Assembly (NCBI GenBank): GCA_964606485.1
Contig: CAZSGP010000001.1
Location: 161,085-225,084, forward strand
Direction of reading: 5' to 3'
DNA: 64,000 bases
From: an uncultured Planctomycetia bacterium
GTDB taxonomy: Bacteria > Omnitrophota > Gorgyraeia > 2-02-FULL-51-18
Shown: positions 19,343 through 29,404 of the stretch, in pieces
How positions within the stretch are numbered: position 1 is the stretch's first letter
How the letters are laid out: the number at the start of each line of letters is the position of its first letter
Position numbers and translations under genes: made by a program
The notes under the pieces: generated by a model
What the model saw: the letters and a program-made list of their open reading frames with translations, nothing else
Told to the model about the DNA's origin: nothing
The model's database searches: none

Positions 19343-20374
19343 ATGAAGACCCTTATTTTTAGAATTGGGTACCTGGGCGACGCAGTTGTGTCCTTGCCGG
19401 TTTTTAGGGCTATACGGCGGCAGAACCCATCCGACGAAATTATTTTACTGACGCATGCCAGTTCAAATAAAGCTTACTTGCCGGAAATTTTGAAAAAACT
19501 TCACTTAATTGACCAGGTGATTGAATATCGGTCGCCTATGGAAATTGTCAATTGGATCACAACCGTTTTTAGAATTCGCCGCCAAAAACCTGATCGCCTT
19601 ATCTATTTGCCTCCGAGTCGGCGAAAAATCGGTGCCGTTAAAAGGGACCAATTATTTTTTAAATGCTGCGGCATTAGACGTGTTGAGGGTTGCCGGGAAT
19701 TTGAATCGGTCGGGCTTCGTGACAGCGGGGGCCGCTTGCTTCGCTTGCCCCGTGAGAGCGAATTCTTAGTCCGTCACGCTCAAAAAATTGGAATAAAAAT
19801 TTCCGACGAAGACTATGTCAGGCCGGATGAGTTTGTGGCTAGGGTCCAGTGCGTACGCGTAGCGGAATTCCTGGGGAGCGGTAAAGCCGGCATTCGGATC
19901 GCTTTTTGTGTGGGCGCCAAAACAACCGCGCAGAAATGGCCGGTGGAATATTTTAGATCTTTGGGGCATCTTTTGATGGAGTCTATGAAAGTGGAGCTAA
20001 TTCTCGTGGGCTCTGCCGAAGACCGGTCAAATGCTCAAAGTTTGGTAGAGTCCTGGGGTGGCGGGAAAAATTTGTGCGGGGAATTGAATCTTTTTGAAAC
20101 AGCGGAAGTGTTTAGGCATTGCGATCTCTATGTTGGAAATGACACCGGACCTATGCATTTGGCGGCGTTAATAAAAATTCCCTGCGTGGGAATTTTTTCG
20201 GGGCGAAACAATCCCGGTCTGTGGGAGCCGGCGGGAGAGCGCCACACGGTTTTAAGAAAAAGCGTGCCTTGCGAGGGGTGTGAATTGAATATCTGTCCGG
20301 TCAAAGGCCATCCTTGTTTGGCACTGATAACTCCGAAGGAAGTGTTTGAAGCGGTGAAAAAATATTTCCAATGA
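19343..20374 (+). CDS. GT9-family glycosyltransferase (heptosyltransferase-like), second copy
   Basis: C-terminal LYVGNDTGPMHLAALIKIPCVGIFSG (GT9 motif). Confidence 0.7.
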   Translation: MKTLIFRIGYLGDAVVSLPVFRAIRRQNPSDEIILLTHASSNKAYLPEILKKLHLIDQVIEYRSPMEIVNWITTVFRIRRQKPDRLIYLPPSRRKIGAVKRDQLFFKCCGIRRVEGCREFESVGLRDSGGRLLRLPRESEFLVRHAQKIGIKISDEDYVRPDEFVARVQCVRVAEFLGSGKAGIRIAFCVGAKTTAQKWPVEYFRSLGHLLMESMKVELILVGSAEDRSNAQSLVESWGGGKNLCGELNLFETAEVFRHCDLYVGNDTGPMHLAALIKIPCVGIFSGRNNPGLWEPAGERHTVLRKSVPCEGCELNICPVKGHPCLALITPKEVFEAVKKYFQ

Positions 20375-21516
20375 AAATATTGCATGTGATCGGAGATTTT
20401 AACCCGCGCTCGGGGGGTACCGTGGCCGCTGTCAGCGGAATGGCCCAGGCCCAGTCTCAGTTGGGACACCGGGTGAGCATCGCCACGACAAAGTACGCCT
20501 GGAAAGATCGCTACCGGATCGAAGGAGTAGATTTCTTTGTCTATGACTGTAATTTTCCGAAGTGGCGCTGGTCATGGGGCTTGATGATGAATCTCAGCCG
20601 TTTGATTCGAAGCGTTGATGTGGTTCATGTTCACGGTGTTTGGGAATTTCCCATTTGGTGGGCATCTGTTTTATGCGGTTTTTTCAAAAAGCCCTTTATT
20701 TTGACGCCGCATGGAATGCTGGATCGATCATCTCTGTCGAAAAGTTATTGGAAAAAAAGAGTTTATATGACGCTGTTGGGATATCAGGTTTTAAAAGGAT
20801 CCCGCGCAATTCATTTTACTTCTTCGGGGGAGCTTAAGCATTCCGGGTATGCGGAGGCCTCTAAAAGTGTGTGCGCGCCCTTGGGGTTGTTGGAATCTTT
20901 TTATGAAAAGGAGCCGGACCCCGAAGCATTTAAGCGGCGATTTTCCCGCTTCAAAGGACATCAGTTGGTTCTTTTTCTTGGCAGGGTTCACGCGAAGAAG
21001 CAGCCCGATCTTCTTATCAAGGCATTCTCAAATATAAGCCACGATTTTCCGGACGCTCTCCTCATCATCGTTGGGCCCGGGGAGCGCTCTTACGTGAATC
21101 AATTAAAAAAACTTTCAGAATTCTTGGGAATTAGGCAGAGGGTGGTTTTTATCGGAATGCTTCAAGGTGAAATCGTAAAGGAGGCCTATCGCGCAGCAGA
21201 GGTATTTGTGCTGCCCAGCCTTCAAGAAAACTTTGGTTTTACCATCGTGGAAGCGTTGGCCATGGCGTGCCCGGTTATCCTGAGTCCATCAGTCAATCTT
21301 GCGGAGGAGATTCAACAAGCTTCGGCAGGATTTATCACGGAACTAGACGAAAATTCTCTGAGCTCAACCTTGAGAAAAAGTTTAACGCAAAGCGGCCTGC
21401 TTCGGCAGATGGGCGAGAATGGAAAAAAGTACGTTCTCGAGAACTTTAAATGGGATAAAACAATTCTTGGAATTCTCGGGGTATACACCCGCGTATTGAG
21501 TGAGCATCATTCTTAA
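20371..21516 (+). CDS. GT4-family glycosyltransferase
   Basis: VLPSLQENFGFTIVEALAMACPVILS. Confidence 0.8.
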   Translation: MKILHVIGDFNPRSGGTVAAVSGMAQAQSQLGHRVSIATTKYAWKDRYRIEGVDFFVYDCNFPKWRWSWGLMMNLSRLIRSVDVVHVHGVWEFPIWWASVLCGFFKKPFILTPHGMLDRSSLSKSYWKKRVYMTLLGYQVLKGSRAIHFTSSGELKHSGYAEASKSVCAPLGLLESFYEKEPDPEAFKRRFSRFKGHQLVLFLGRVHAKKQPDLLIKAFSNISHDFPDALLIIVGPGERSYVNQLKKLSEFLGIRQRVVFIGMLQGEIVKEAYRAAEVFVLPSLQENFGFTIVEALAMACPVILSPSVNLAEEIQQASAGFITELDENSLSSTLRKSLTQSGLLRQMGENGKKYVLENFKWDKTILGILGVYTRVLSEHHS

Positions 21517-22216
21517 ATCTAAAATAATTTCGCTGAGAGGTCATCACATTTGCCTTGATTTGCTGAGCAGCCAATCAATTGTCGTGGACCTTGGAGCGAA
21601 TACCGGAGAATTTTCAACCGCGTTAAGCGCTTTGGTGGGTTGTAGATGCCACGCGGTTGAACCGTCCATTAAAAATTTTCAAAAAATCCGAGAAACTATG
21701 CAAATACACAAATACTGCTTGGCTATAGGACGTTCTGACGGGGATAAAATGCTTTATATTTCAAAAAATCCAGAGGCAAACCGTTTGGCGCTTATTTCTG
21801 GTGAGGATATCGTAGGAGAACAGAGCGTCCCGTGCATGCGGCTTGAAACATTTTTGAAGAAGAACTCCATCCCTCAAGTTGACTTGCTCAAAGTGGATAT
21901 TGAGGGCGCTGAAATGGATTTACTGGAATCTTTAAGCGACGAAGCGCTTCTTCAAATCCAGCAGCTGACTATAGAGTTTCATGATTTTATACCGGAATTT
22001 AACTGTCGAGATAAAGTAAGGGAGGTTATCCGCAGAATGGAACGGATTGGATTTTATTGTATTAATTTTTCTTTAAGGCATCATGTGGATGTGCTGTTTA
22101 TTAATAAAGCTAAAGCAAATAAATCAAATCATGAATTATTTTATATGAAACACATCTTTAGAAGTATTTTATGGTTTAAAAAAATTATGAGAAAAATTTC
22201 CTATGGACGCCAATAA
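21500..22216 (+). CDS. FkbM-family methyltransferase (copy 5)
   Basis: VVDLGANTGEFS and LKVDIEGAEMDLL. The ORF's first codon is GTG at 21500, 17 nt into the previous gene. Confidence 0.75.
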   Translation: MSIILKSKIISLRGHHICLDLLSSQSIVVDLGANTGEFSTALSALVGCRCHAVEPSIKNFQKIRETMQIHKYCLAIGRSDGDKMLYISKNPEANRLALISGEDIVGEQSVPCMRLETFLKKNSIPQVDLLKVDIEGAEMDLLESLSDEALLQIQQLTIEFHDFIPEFNCRDKVREVIRRMERIGFYCINFSLRHHVDVLFINKAKANKSNHELFYMKHIFRSILWFKKIMRKISYGRQ

Positions 22217-22961
22217 GCCTCTAAAAGATCTTCAGAATTTATGTCGGTATATTTTAATGCCGGGTCCGGATCTTTTTACCTGGCGGCGCGTGCGGCTTAA
22301 GTCTCATTGGAAAAAAGGTCCTCGGCGATTTTTGGATGCGGGTTCCGGCAATGGCTGGTTCTCATACTTGGCTTACCGTTCGGGAGCCACCGTCGTTGCG
22401 GTGAATCATGACGAGGAGCAGGTTCATAAATCAAAATTGTTTTACAACGAATGGCTGGGCATCCCGGAGGATAGGCTGTGTTTTAAAAAAATAAGCCTTT
22501 ATGACCTTGGCGGGCTCGAAGGCGGTTTTGATGAAATTATTTGTTATGAAACACTTGAGCATGTGAAGGATGATTTAAAAGTCTGCCAGCTTTTCTGGAA
22601 GTTGCTTAAGCCCGGCGGAACGCTTCATCTGTGTTGCCCTTACGCCGAACATCCCAAATGGAAAAATGAGATTTTGGATCTTGAAGAGAAAGGGTATCAC
22701 GTAAGGGCGGGCTATACCGAAAAATCCTACCACGCTCTTCTGGGGCTCGCTGGTTTTGTGGCTGATCGATTTGATGGTGTTGGCGGCCCGATGCTGGTTA
22801 GAATTCATTTCTTTATTTTAAATATGCAGCTCAAGTTTGGAAATTGGATGGCTATGCCGTTTTTGGTGCTTTTTTTACCGGTGATAGGGCTGGATGAACG
22901 TTCGCCAAAAGTGCCGTTTAGTCTTTATGTACAGGCTTTGAAGCCAAGAGACATCCGATGA
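22203..22961 (+). CDS. Class I SAM-dependent methyltransferase
   Basis: FLDAGSGNGWFS (motif I), LKPGGTLHLCCP. Confidence 0.65.
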   Translation: MDANKPLKDLQNLCRYILMPGPDLFTWRRVRLKSHWKKGPRRFLDAGSGNGWFSYLAYRSGATVVAVNHDEEQVHKSKLFYNEWLGIPEDRLCFKKISLYDLGGLEGGFDEIICYETLEHVKDDLKVCQLFWKLLKPGGTLHLCCPYAEHPKWKNEILDLEEKGYHVRAGYTEKSYHALLGLAGFVADRFDGVGGPMLVRIHFFILNMQLKFGNWMAMPFLVLFLPVIGLDERSPKVPFSLYVQALKPRDIR

Positions 22962-24154
22962 GTTTTGAGCGGGGGTGTGTGATGGTGGTTCACCCGGGCG
23001 GTCAGCATTCTTATCAAACCGTTCTAGGACTTCAAAAATCAGGACTGCTTCATAGCTATGTGACCGGTTTTTACTACAAGCGATCAAGTTTATGGGTAAA
23101 AATACTGGAGTGTGTTCCAGATTTTTTACTAAAGCGATTCCGACGTAAAATGTCTTTGAAGTTTCACCCGCAAATTGAGGACGAGGCGGTTTGTGTTTTG
23201 CCATGGGGAGAGCTTGTCGGAACGCTTGGTTTTTTTCGTTATAACCGAAAGATCCGCTGGCTTGACGGGCAGGCCGCCAAAAGGGTGTTGTGCCAAAAGC
23301 CCAAAGTGGTGATTTGTTACGATACGTGCGCTGTGCGCACATTTGCAGCCGCCAAGAAGGTTGGAGCGGTTTGTATTTTAGATCAAACGATTGGTCATTT
23401 AAGTTATGCAGAAAAAGTTTTTTTACAATATGGGTTAACGGTGGATATTTCGTCCGAAATGATGGATGAAGCTCATCTTGAGACGCAACTCGCCGATCAC
23501 ATTGTCGTCGGCTCTGAATATGTGCGCCGCACGCTTCTGGAAGCCGGCGTGCCCGATGCTAAGATTTTTGTGTTGCCGTACGGCGTCGATACACAAGCTT
23601 TTCATCCTGCTCCGAGAAAACCCGACGGAGAATTTCGCATGCTTTTTGCGGGACGAATCAACCATCGCAAAGGAATTCAGCATGTTTATCAGGCATTTGA
23701 GGAGCTGGAAAAAGAGTGTCCGGATCTAAGGCTTCATTTAGCTGGGACAGTGTGGGGAGATACGACCTGGATGAAGCGCTTTGGTGAAAAATTGGTCTAT
23801 CACGGCCAAGTGCCTCACAGCAGGCTTTCGTCGGTGATGCAGTCCTGCGACATCTTTGTCCATCCGTCGCTGCACGAGGGTTCTGCGCTTTCTATTTATG
23901 AAGCCATGGCCTCCGGGCTACCGGTGGTCACAACGTCTAACAGTGGTTCGGTGGTGGAGGATGGTGTGAGCGGATTCATTGTGGAGACCGGAGAGGTTCA
24001 GTCCTTGCGAGACAAAATTCTTAAATTGAGAAATGACGAGTTCCTGCGAAAAAAAATGGGGGAGAGCGCCCGGCGCAGGGCCGAACAATTCACTTGGGAA
24101 ATTTATCAAAACCGTTACGCACAAAAGATAAACGAAATGGTTAAAAAAGCGTGA
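22958..24154 (+). CDS. GT4-family glycosyltransferase
   Basis: FVHPSLHEGSALSIYEAMASGLPVVTT. Confidence 0.8.
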   Translation: MSFERGCVMVVHPGGQHSYQTVLGLQKSGLLHSYVTGFYYKRSSLWVKILECVPDFLLKRFRRKMSLKFHPQIEDEAVCVLPWGELVGTLGFFRYNRKIRWLDGQAAKRVLCQKPKVVICYDTCAVRTFAAAKKVGAVCILDQTIGHLSYAEKVFLQYGLTVDISSEMMDEAHLETQLADHIVVGSEYVRRTLLEAGVPDAKIFVLPYGVDTQAFHPAPRKPDGEFRMLFAGRINHRKGIQHVYQAFEELEKECPDLRLHLAGTVWGDTTWMKRFGEKLVYHGQVPHSRLSSVMQSCDIFVHPSLHEGSALSIYEAMASGLPVVTTSNSGSVVEDGVSGFIVETGEVQSLRDKILKLRNDEFLRKKMGESARRRAEQFTWEIYQNRYAQKINEMVKKA

Positions 24155-25662
24155 ATCAGCTTATCACGAAAAAAGTCTCACAAAATGAATTAGCCTGGGT
24201 TTTTTTTATTTTAACCTCGTTTCTTTTTATAAATTTCATCACGTCCGCTTATTCCCCAATTCCTTGGTATGACGAAGTGTTCTATACAAGCCCCGGGGTA
24301 AATTTGTATCTGGGGAAGGGATTTACTTCCGCTGCGTGGCCGGGTTGGAGCGCCGAAAATTTTTGGGCGGCTTACGTCCCGCTTTACCCGCTTCTTTTGT
24401 GCGTATGGCTTAAAATTTTTGGCTTTGGAATTATGGCAGCGCGGTCCATGAATTATTTCTTTGCGGTTCTAATGGGTCTTTTGCTGTGGTTCTCATCCCT
24501 GCGTTTTCAATGGATTCATAAGGCGCATGGACGGGTCATTTTTCTAGCCGCTATGCTATTTAATTTTGATGTCGCTCTCAGCTACCGCAGTGGACGTCAG
24601 GACGGCTTGGCAATGCTTTTGGCTTCCATGGCACTTTTTTCGCTATCTATTCATCGGAAGTGGATTCGATACACAGCCCTTTTCTTGGTCTCTATTCTTT
24701 GCATGTGGACACAGTTGCCGCTGGCGGTTTATGGCGTAGTCCTCGGATTTTTATTCATGCTGATTTTCGACCGGCGGTTTTTTGCTGAATACGTAATTAT
24801 GATCATTGGTTTTTTTGCAGGTTTTTTTCTGGTTCTAAAATTTTATAGTTTTTTTGGAGAAGCCGATGCATTCATGCAGTACAACAACCGCTATATTTTC
24901 TGGGGCCAGAATATTTTAAGCAAATTTCAAAACTTTTACATCGAATTTCCGCCGCCCGGTTCGCTCATTTTAGCGGGAGGTCTCATATTGTTTTTTATTT
25001 TTGCAAAAAAATATTTTTTAGATTTTCATTTGAGACTTATTATTTTCGGCTTTTCTTCGAGTATTATTGTTCCTCTCTCCATGCATTTTGCCGGGCACTT
25101 CCACCAATTTTATTATTGGTTGATTTTTGCGCCTCTCGGGGTTTGTGCGGGGATTCTGGCGTTTGACACGCATTTCTCTCATCATAAAAAATTTCAAAGA
25201 ATTTTGATTGCGACTCTGATCCTCACAGTCGCTACGGGCCTTCCGACGCGACTGGGATTAATGGCGATTGAGAAAGAGTCGCGCGATCACTCGAAGGTGG
25301 AAAAATTTGTGAATAACCACATCGCCGAAAGCGATACGGTTTATGCGGATCTCTTGGTTTATTATGCGGTGAAGAAAGTCTCCAAGGAAGCTTATATGAG
25401 CACCTACACTTTAAACCAGGAAGAGTCGAAAAAAATCGATGTCATGGTGATCCGAACGGATAATTTCATGAAAAATTTTATGCGCTTTAGGGGGCACTGG
25501 AAACTTGTGGGACGTTTTGAAGCGCCGTCTTCTTGGAGCGGTCGCATGAGAACGGGCGGAAAAATTTATAATGTTCCAAAATACCGTTTAGCCATTTACC
25601 GACGATACGACTCCTTGCAGCCCGAGACCAAATATTTTGATCCCGAAGGGAGCGCGCCTTGA
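24151..25662 (+). CDS. Polytopic GT-C glycosyltransferase, GT39/GT83-like (second PMT/ArnT-family member)
   Basis: YSPIPWYDEVFYTSPGVNLYLGKGF (the first-loop DE motif of PMT-type GT-C) and more than 10 hydrophobic segments. GTG start in GTGA overlap. Confidence 0.6.
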   Translation: MNQLITKKVSQNELAWVFFILTSFLFINFITSAYSPIPWYDEVFYTSPGVNLYLGKGFTSAAWPGWSAENFWAAYVPLYPLLLCVWLKIFGFGIMAARSMNYFFAVLMGLLLWFSSLRFQWIHKAHGRVIFLAAMLFNFDVALSYRSGRQDGLAMLLASMALFSLSIHRKWIRYTALFLVSILCMWTQLPLAVYGVVLGFLFMLIFDRRFFAEYVIMIIGFFAGFFLVLKFYSFFGEADAFMQYNNRYIFWGQNILSKFQNFYIEFPPPGSLILAGGLILFFIFAKKYFLDFHLRLIIFGFSSSIIVPLSMHFAGHFHQFYYWLIFAPLGVCAGILAFDTHFSHHKKFQRILIATLILTVATGLPTRLGLMAIEKESRDHSKVEKFVNNHIAESDTVYADLLVYYAVKKVSKEAYMSTYTLNQEESKKIDVMVIRTDNFMKNFMRFRGHWKLVGRFEAPSSWSGRMRTGGKIYNVPKYRLAIYRRYDSLQPETKYFDPEGSAP

Positions 25663-27410
25663 ACATTCTAGGCCTCAACGCTTTTCACGGAGATTCATCT
25701 GCCTGTCTCGTGGTGGACGGAAAACTTGTTGCGGCGGCCGAAGAGGAGCGTTTTCGGCGCGTTAAGCATTGGGCTGGATTTCCCAAGGAAGCCATTGCGT
25801 ATTGTTTGAGAGAAGGTGGAATTTCTTTAGCAGAGATCGATAAAATTGCTATTAATCGCAACCCGAACGCGAATCTCGCCAAAAAATTTTTGTACGCGGC
25901 CTTGCATCAACCGAGCTTCCATAGTGTCTATGGCCGCATTTTAAACTCCGCCAAATTGAAACGGATCGATCTTCTAACTGCAGCCGCGCTTGGAGTGGAT
26001 CCAAAAATTCTGAAAAATAAAATTGTTCACGTCGAGCATCACCGGGCGCATCTAGCGAGCGCTTTTTTTGTTTCGGGTCTTGAGCAGGCCGCACTCGTAT
26101 CGGTAGATGGTTTTGGCGACTTTGTGAGCACCCAGTGGGGCACGGGGCATCATTCTCAGATTACCGTTAGAGATCAGGTTTATTACCCGCATTCGCTTGG
26201 GATTCTCTATTTGGCGTTGACGCAATTCTTAGGATTTCCTCACTATGGAGATGAGTACAAGGTGATGGGCCTTGCTCCTTACGGAAAGCCGGTTTATCTA
26301 GATCAAATACGAAAATTAATTCATCTTAAAAAGAATGGGTTATTTGAGCTAAATCTGGAATATTTCACGCATCACTCAAAAGGCGTTTCGATGAGCTGGG
26401 AGGATGGGCAGCCCGAAATATCTCCGGTATTTTCTGACGCGCTTGAAAAATTATTTGGACCGGCGAGGCTGCCTAGTGAAATGATTGCACCCGTTCACGA
26501 AGATATAGCGGCCTCTCTCCAGGCTGTCTATGAAGAAGTTTTTTTTCATCTGTTAAATTACGTGCAGAAAAAAACAGGGCTTAAGAATTTGTGTCTAGCC
26601 GGTGGTTGCGCCATGAACAGCGTGGCGAATGGGAAAATTTATCAGAAGACTCCTTTCGAAAAAATTTATGTGCAATCGGCTGCGGGTGATGCGGGCGGAG
26701 CGATTGGCGCTGCGTTTTACACAAGCCATCAACTTGAAAAGACAAAGCCTTCATTTGTAATGGATCATGCTTATTGGGGCCCTGAGTTTAGCGCAGAAGA
26801 AATTTTTCAGCAGCTCGATATTAAAAGGCGAGAGATTGAAAAAGAAAATTGTGTCATTAAAAAAATTGACTCTCAAGCGGATCTGTGTCGGTTGGCGGCT
26901 CAAGCCATCATTGAAGGGAAGGTCGTGGGTTGGTTCCAGGGGAGAATGGAGTGGGGACCGCGCGCCTTGGGAAACCGCAGTATTTTGGCCGATCCTCGGC
27001 GCGGCGATATGAAACAAATTTTAAATTCTAAAATCAAACACCGCGAATCTTTTAGGCCCTTTGCGCCTTCTATATTAAGAGAAGAAGTTAAGAATTGGTT
27101 TGAAACCGACGACGATGTGCCCTTTATGCTGGAAGTGTTTCAAATTAAAGCGGAGAAGCGAGCGCTCGTTCCGGCTGTCACCCATGTGAATGGCTCAGGT
27201 CGCCTTCAAACGGTGTCCTCATCGCAAAACCCTCTTTATCATGCGCTGATCACAGAGTTCTATAAAAAAACCGGCGTGCCCATGCTTCTGAATACCTCTT
27301 TTAATGAAAACGAACCGATGGTTTGCCGGCCCGAAGAAGCGCTAGATTGCTTTTTGAGAACAAAAATGGATGTTTTGGTTTTAGGTCATTTCTGCCTTGA
27401 GCGATTTTAA
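25659..27410 (+). CDS. O-carbamoyltransferase (NodU/CmcH family)
   Basis: MNILGLNAFHGDSSACLVVDGKLVAAAEEERFRRVKHWAGFP is the canonical N-terminus of NodU/CmcH carbamoyltransferases. TTG start in TTGA overlap. Confidence 0.85.
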   Translation: MNILGLNAFHGDSSACLVVDGKLVAAAEEERFRRVKHWAGFPKEAIAYCLREGGISLAEIDKIAINRNPNANLAKKFLYAALHQPSFHSVYGRILNSAKLKRIDLLTAAALGVDPKILKNKIVHVEHHRAHLASAFFVSGLEQAALVSVDGFGDFVSTQWGTGHHSQITVRDQVYYPHSLGILYLALTQFLGFPHYGDEYKVMGLAPYGKPVYLDQIRKLIHLKKNGLFELNLEYFTHHSKGVSMSWEDGQPEISPVFSDALEKLFGPARLPSEMIAPVHEDIAASLQAVYEEVFFHLLNYVQKKTGLKNLCLAGGCAMNSVANGKIYQKTPFEKIYVQSAAGDAGGAIGAAFYTSHQLEKTKPSFVMDHAYWGPEFSAEEIFQQLDIKRREIEKENCVIKKIDSQADLCRLAAQAIIEGKVVGWFQGRMEWGPRALGNRSILADPRRGDMKQILNSKIKHRESFRPFAPSILREEVKNWFETDDDVPFMLEVFQIKAEKRALVPAVTHVNGSGRLQTVSSSQNPLYHALITEFYKKTGVPMLLNTSFNENEPMVCRPEEALDCFLRTKMDVLVLGHFCLERF

Positions 27411-27481
27411 TCAGAGATCCCTAAGACCGTATTTTATGGGTAGGGTATTTATCGGGTTTCACTGGCCACCTGGCGATTAAG

Positions 27482-28195
27482 ATGAAACTGTCCATTATTA
27501 TTCCCACGTATAACGAAGAAATGACGATTGAGGAGCTTGTTTCCTTGGTGCAAAGCGTCAAGTATCCCGTGGAGTATGAAATTATTATCGTGGATGACGC
27601 TTCGATCGACCGCACATTCGAGAGGGAGATTATGCTAAAGCTCAGGGATCAATCCGAGCAAATCCGAATTTTTAAAAATCAAATCAACCGCGGTAAAGGT
27701 TTTTCGGTGCGCAAAGGGATTCGAAGGGCCAAGGGCGACATCATCATCGTTCAAGACGCTGATCGCGAGTACGATCCGCGAGAAATTCCAAAACTGATCG
27801 AGCCGATCTTGAAAGGAGCCGAGCAGGTTGTGTATGGCAGTCGATTTATGACTTCTTCTCGTCCGAGGGGGATGGCATTTGCGAATCGATTTGCGAATCA
27901 GTTTTTGACGATGCTGACCAATTGGATGTTTGGTTTAAAGCTGACGGATATGGAAACGTGCTACAAGGCGATTCGAGCAGATTTGTTAAAAAGTCTACCG
28001 CTCCAAGAAAATCGATTTGCGTTTGAGCCGGAAATCACCGGGCTACTTGCGCTTAAGCATGTTCCGATTATGGAGATGCCGATTTCTTATTCGGGAAGAA
28101 CTTCAAAAGAAGGAAAAAAGATTAAAGCGGTTGATTTTTTATTTGCGATATGGGCGCTGGTCCGGTGCAGGTTTTGGAGCGGGTTAGGAGATTAG
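27482..28195 (+). CDS. GT2 polyprenyl-phosphate sugar synthase (DPM1/ArnC-like), second copy
   Basis: MKLSIIIPTYNEEMTIEE, IIVQDADREYDP (DxD). Confidence 0.75.
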   Translation: MKLSIIIPTYNEEMTIEELVSLVQSVKYPVEYEIIIVDDASIDRTFEREIMLKLRDQSEQIRIFKNQINRGKGFSVRKGIRRAKGDIIIVQDADREYDPREIPKLIEPILKGAEQVVYGSRFMTSSRPRGMAFANRFANQFLTMLTNWMFGLKLTDMETCYKAIRADLLKSLPLQENRFAFEPEITGLLALKHVPIMEMPISYSGRTSKEGKKIKAVDFLFAIWALVRCRFWSGLGD

Positions 28196-29404
28196 ATGAA
28201 AGTTATTTTCGTGAACCGCTATTTTTATCCGGATATTTCCGCGACCAGTAAAGTGGTCTCGGATCTCGCAATGGGTCTTGCGCAAAAAGGGTTGAAGATT
28301 CACGTGGTGACAAGCCGCCAAAGACTGGATGAGCCTTCAGCGAAATTAGCATCTCATGAAATTGCACACGGTGTTCACATTCATCGGGTTTGGAGCAGTT
28401 CATTCGGCCGATCCAATCTTCTGCTGCGTTTTTTTGATTACCTTACGTTTTATGGGTCTGCGTTCTGGAAGCTCATGTGGATTGCAAGTTCAAAGGACGT
28501 GGTGGTGGCCATGACGGATCCACCACTCTTGTCTATTGCGGCTATGGAAGCTGTGTTTTGGAAAAGAGCAAAGCTTATCAACTGGAACCAAGATCTTTTT
28601 CCGGAAGTAGCTGAGAAGCTTGGTTTGAGGATTGTTCGAATGCTGAGCCCATTTATAAAACCCCTTCGAAACCTGTCTTTAAAATTTGCCACTAAGAACG
28701 TGGTTATTGGCCAGGCCATGGGATCGCGTCTTTCTGCGTGCGGAGTTGAGCGTAGCAAGATCGAGCTTATTTTTAATTGGGCAGACGGAGAAAAAATCAA
28801 ACCTGTTGAGGCAGCGTCTAACCCTCTGCGGAAGCAGTGGGGTTTTGAAGGCAAGTGGGTGGTGGGGTACTCGGGAAATATGGGTCGCGCGCATGAATTT
28901 GAAACTATCTTGGACGCGTCCGGTGATTTGATAAATCGAGAAGATATTGTTTTTTTGCTCATTGGAAACGGTAAAAAAAGAGAATGGCTTGAAAATGAAG
29001 TCAAACGCAGAAATTTAAAAAATGTTTTTTTTAAACCCCTTCAGCCTGATGAAACCTTGGCGCTGAGTTTGGGGGTGAGCGATATTCATTTGGTGACACT
29101 GGAGCCGAGTCTAGAAGGCTTAATTGTTCCGAGTAAGATTTATGGGATTTTGGCGGCGGGGCGTCCGACGATTTACGTCGGGGATACCCAGTCAGAGATA
29201 TCTGAACTGCTTGCTACGCATCACTGCGGCGCTTCGGTTTCTCGTAGCGATTCCAAAAAATTGGCGAGTCAAATCTGTGCATGGGTGTCCGACCGTGATA
29301 TATTAAGTCAGATGGGTCGCAATGCGCGTCATGTTTTTGAGGAGAAATTCGATAAGCCGTTGGCGCTAGCCCAATGGGCGGCTTTAATTAGGAACGTTCA
29401 ATGA
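28196..29404 (+). CDS. GT4-family glycosyltransferase (WcaI/WbuB-like)
   Basis: MKVIFVNRYFYPDISATSKVVSDLAMGLAQKGLKIHVVTS is the characteristic N-terminus of this GT4 subgroup. Confidence 0.8.
   Translation: MKVIFVNRYFYPDISATSKVVSDLAMGLAQKGLKIHVVTSRQRLDEPSAKLASHEIAHGVHIHRVWSSSFGRSNLLLRFFDYLTFYGSAFWKLMWIASSKDVVVAMTDPPLLSIAAMEAVFWKRAKLINWNQDLFPEVAEKLGLRIVRMLSPFIKPLRNLSLKFATKNVVIGQAMGSRLSACGVERSKIELIFNWADGEKIKPVEAASNPLRKQWGFEGKWVVGYSGNMGRAHEFETILDASGDLINREDIVFLLIGNGKKREWLENEVKRRNLKNVFFKPLQPDETLALSLGVSDIHLVTLEPSLEGLIVPSKIYGILAAGRPTIYVGDTQSEISELLATHHCGASVSRSDSKKLASQICAWVSDRDILSQMGRNARHVFEEKFDKPLALAQWAALIRNVQ

Noticed and set aside
28450-29004. 184-aa minus-strand ORF, and all other minus-strand ORFs in 1-42900 (e.g. 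10529-10930, 12325-12768, 22875-23342, 37463-38081)
   Set aside because: Each lies entirely inside a + strand gene with strong family motifs. None has its own motif content, RBS or intergenic space. I treat them as frame shadows.
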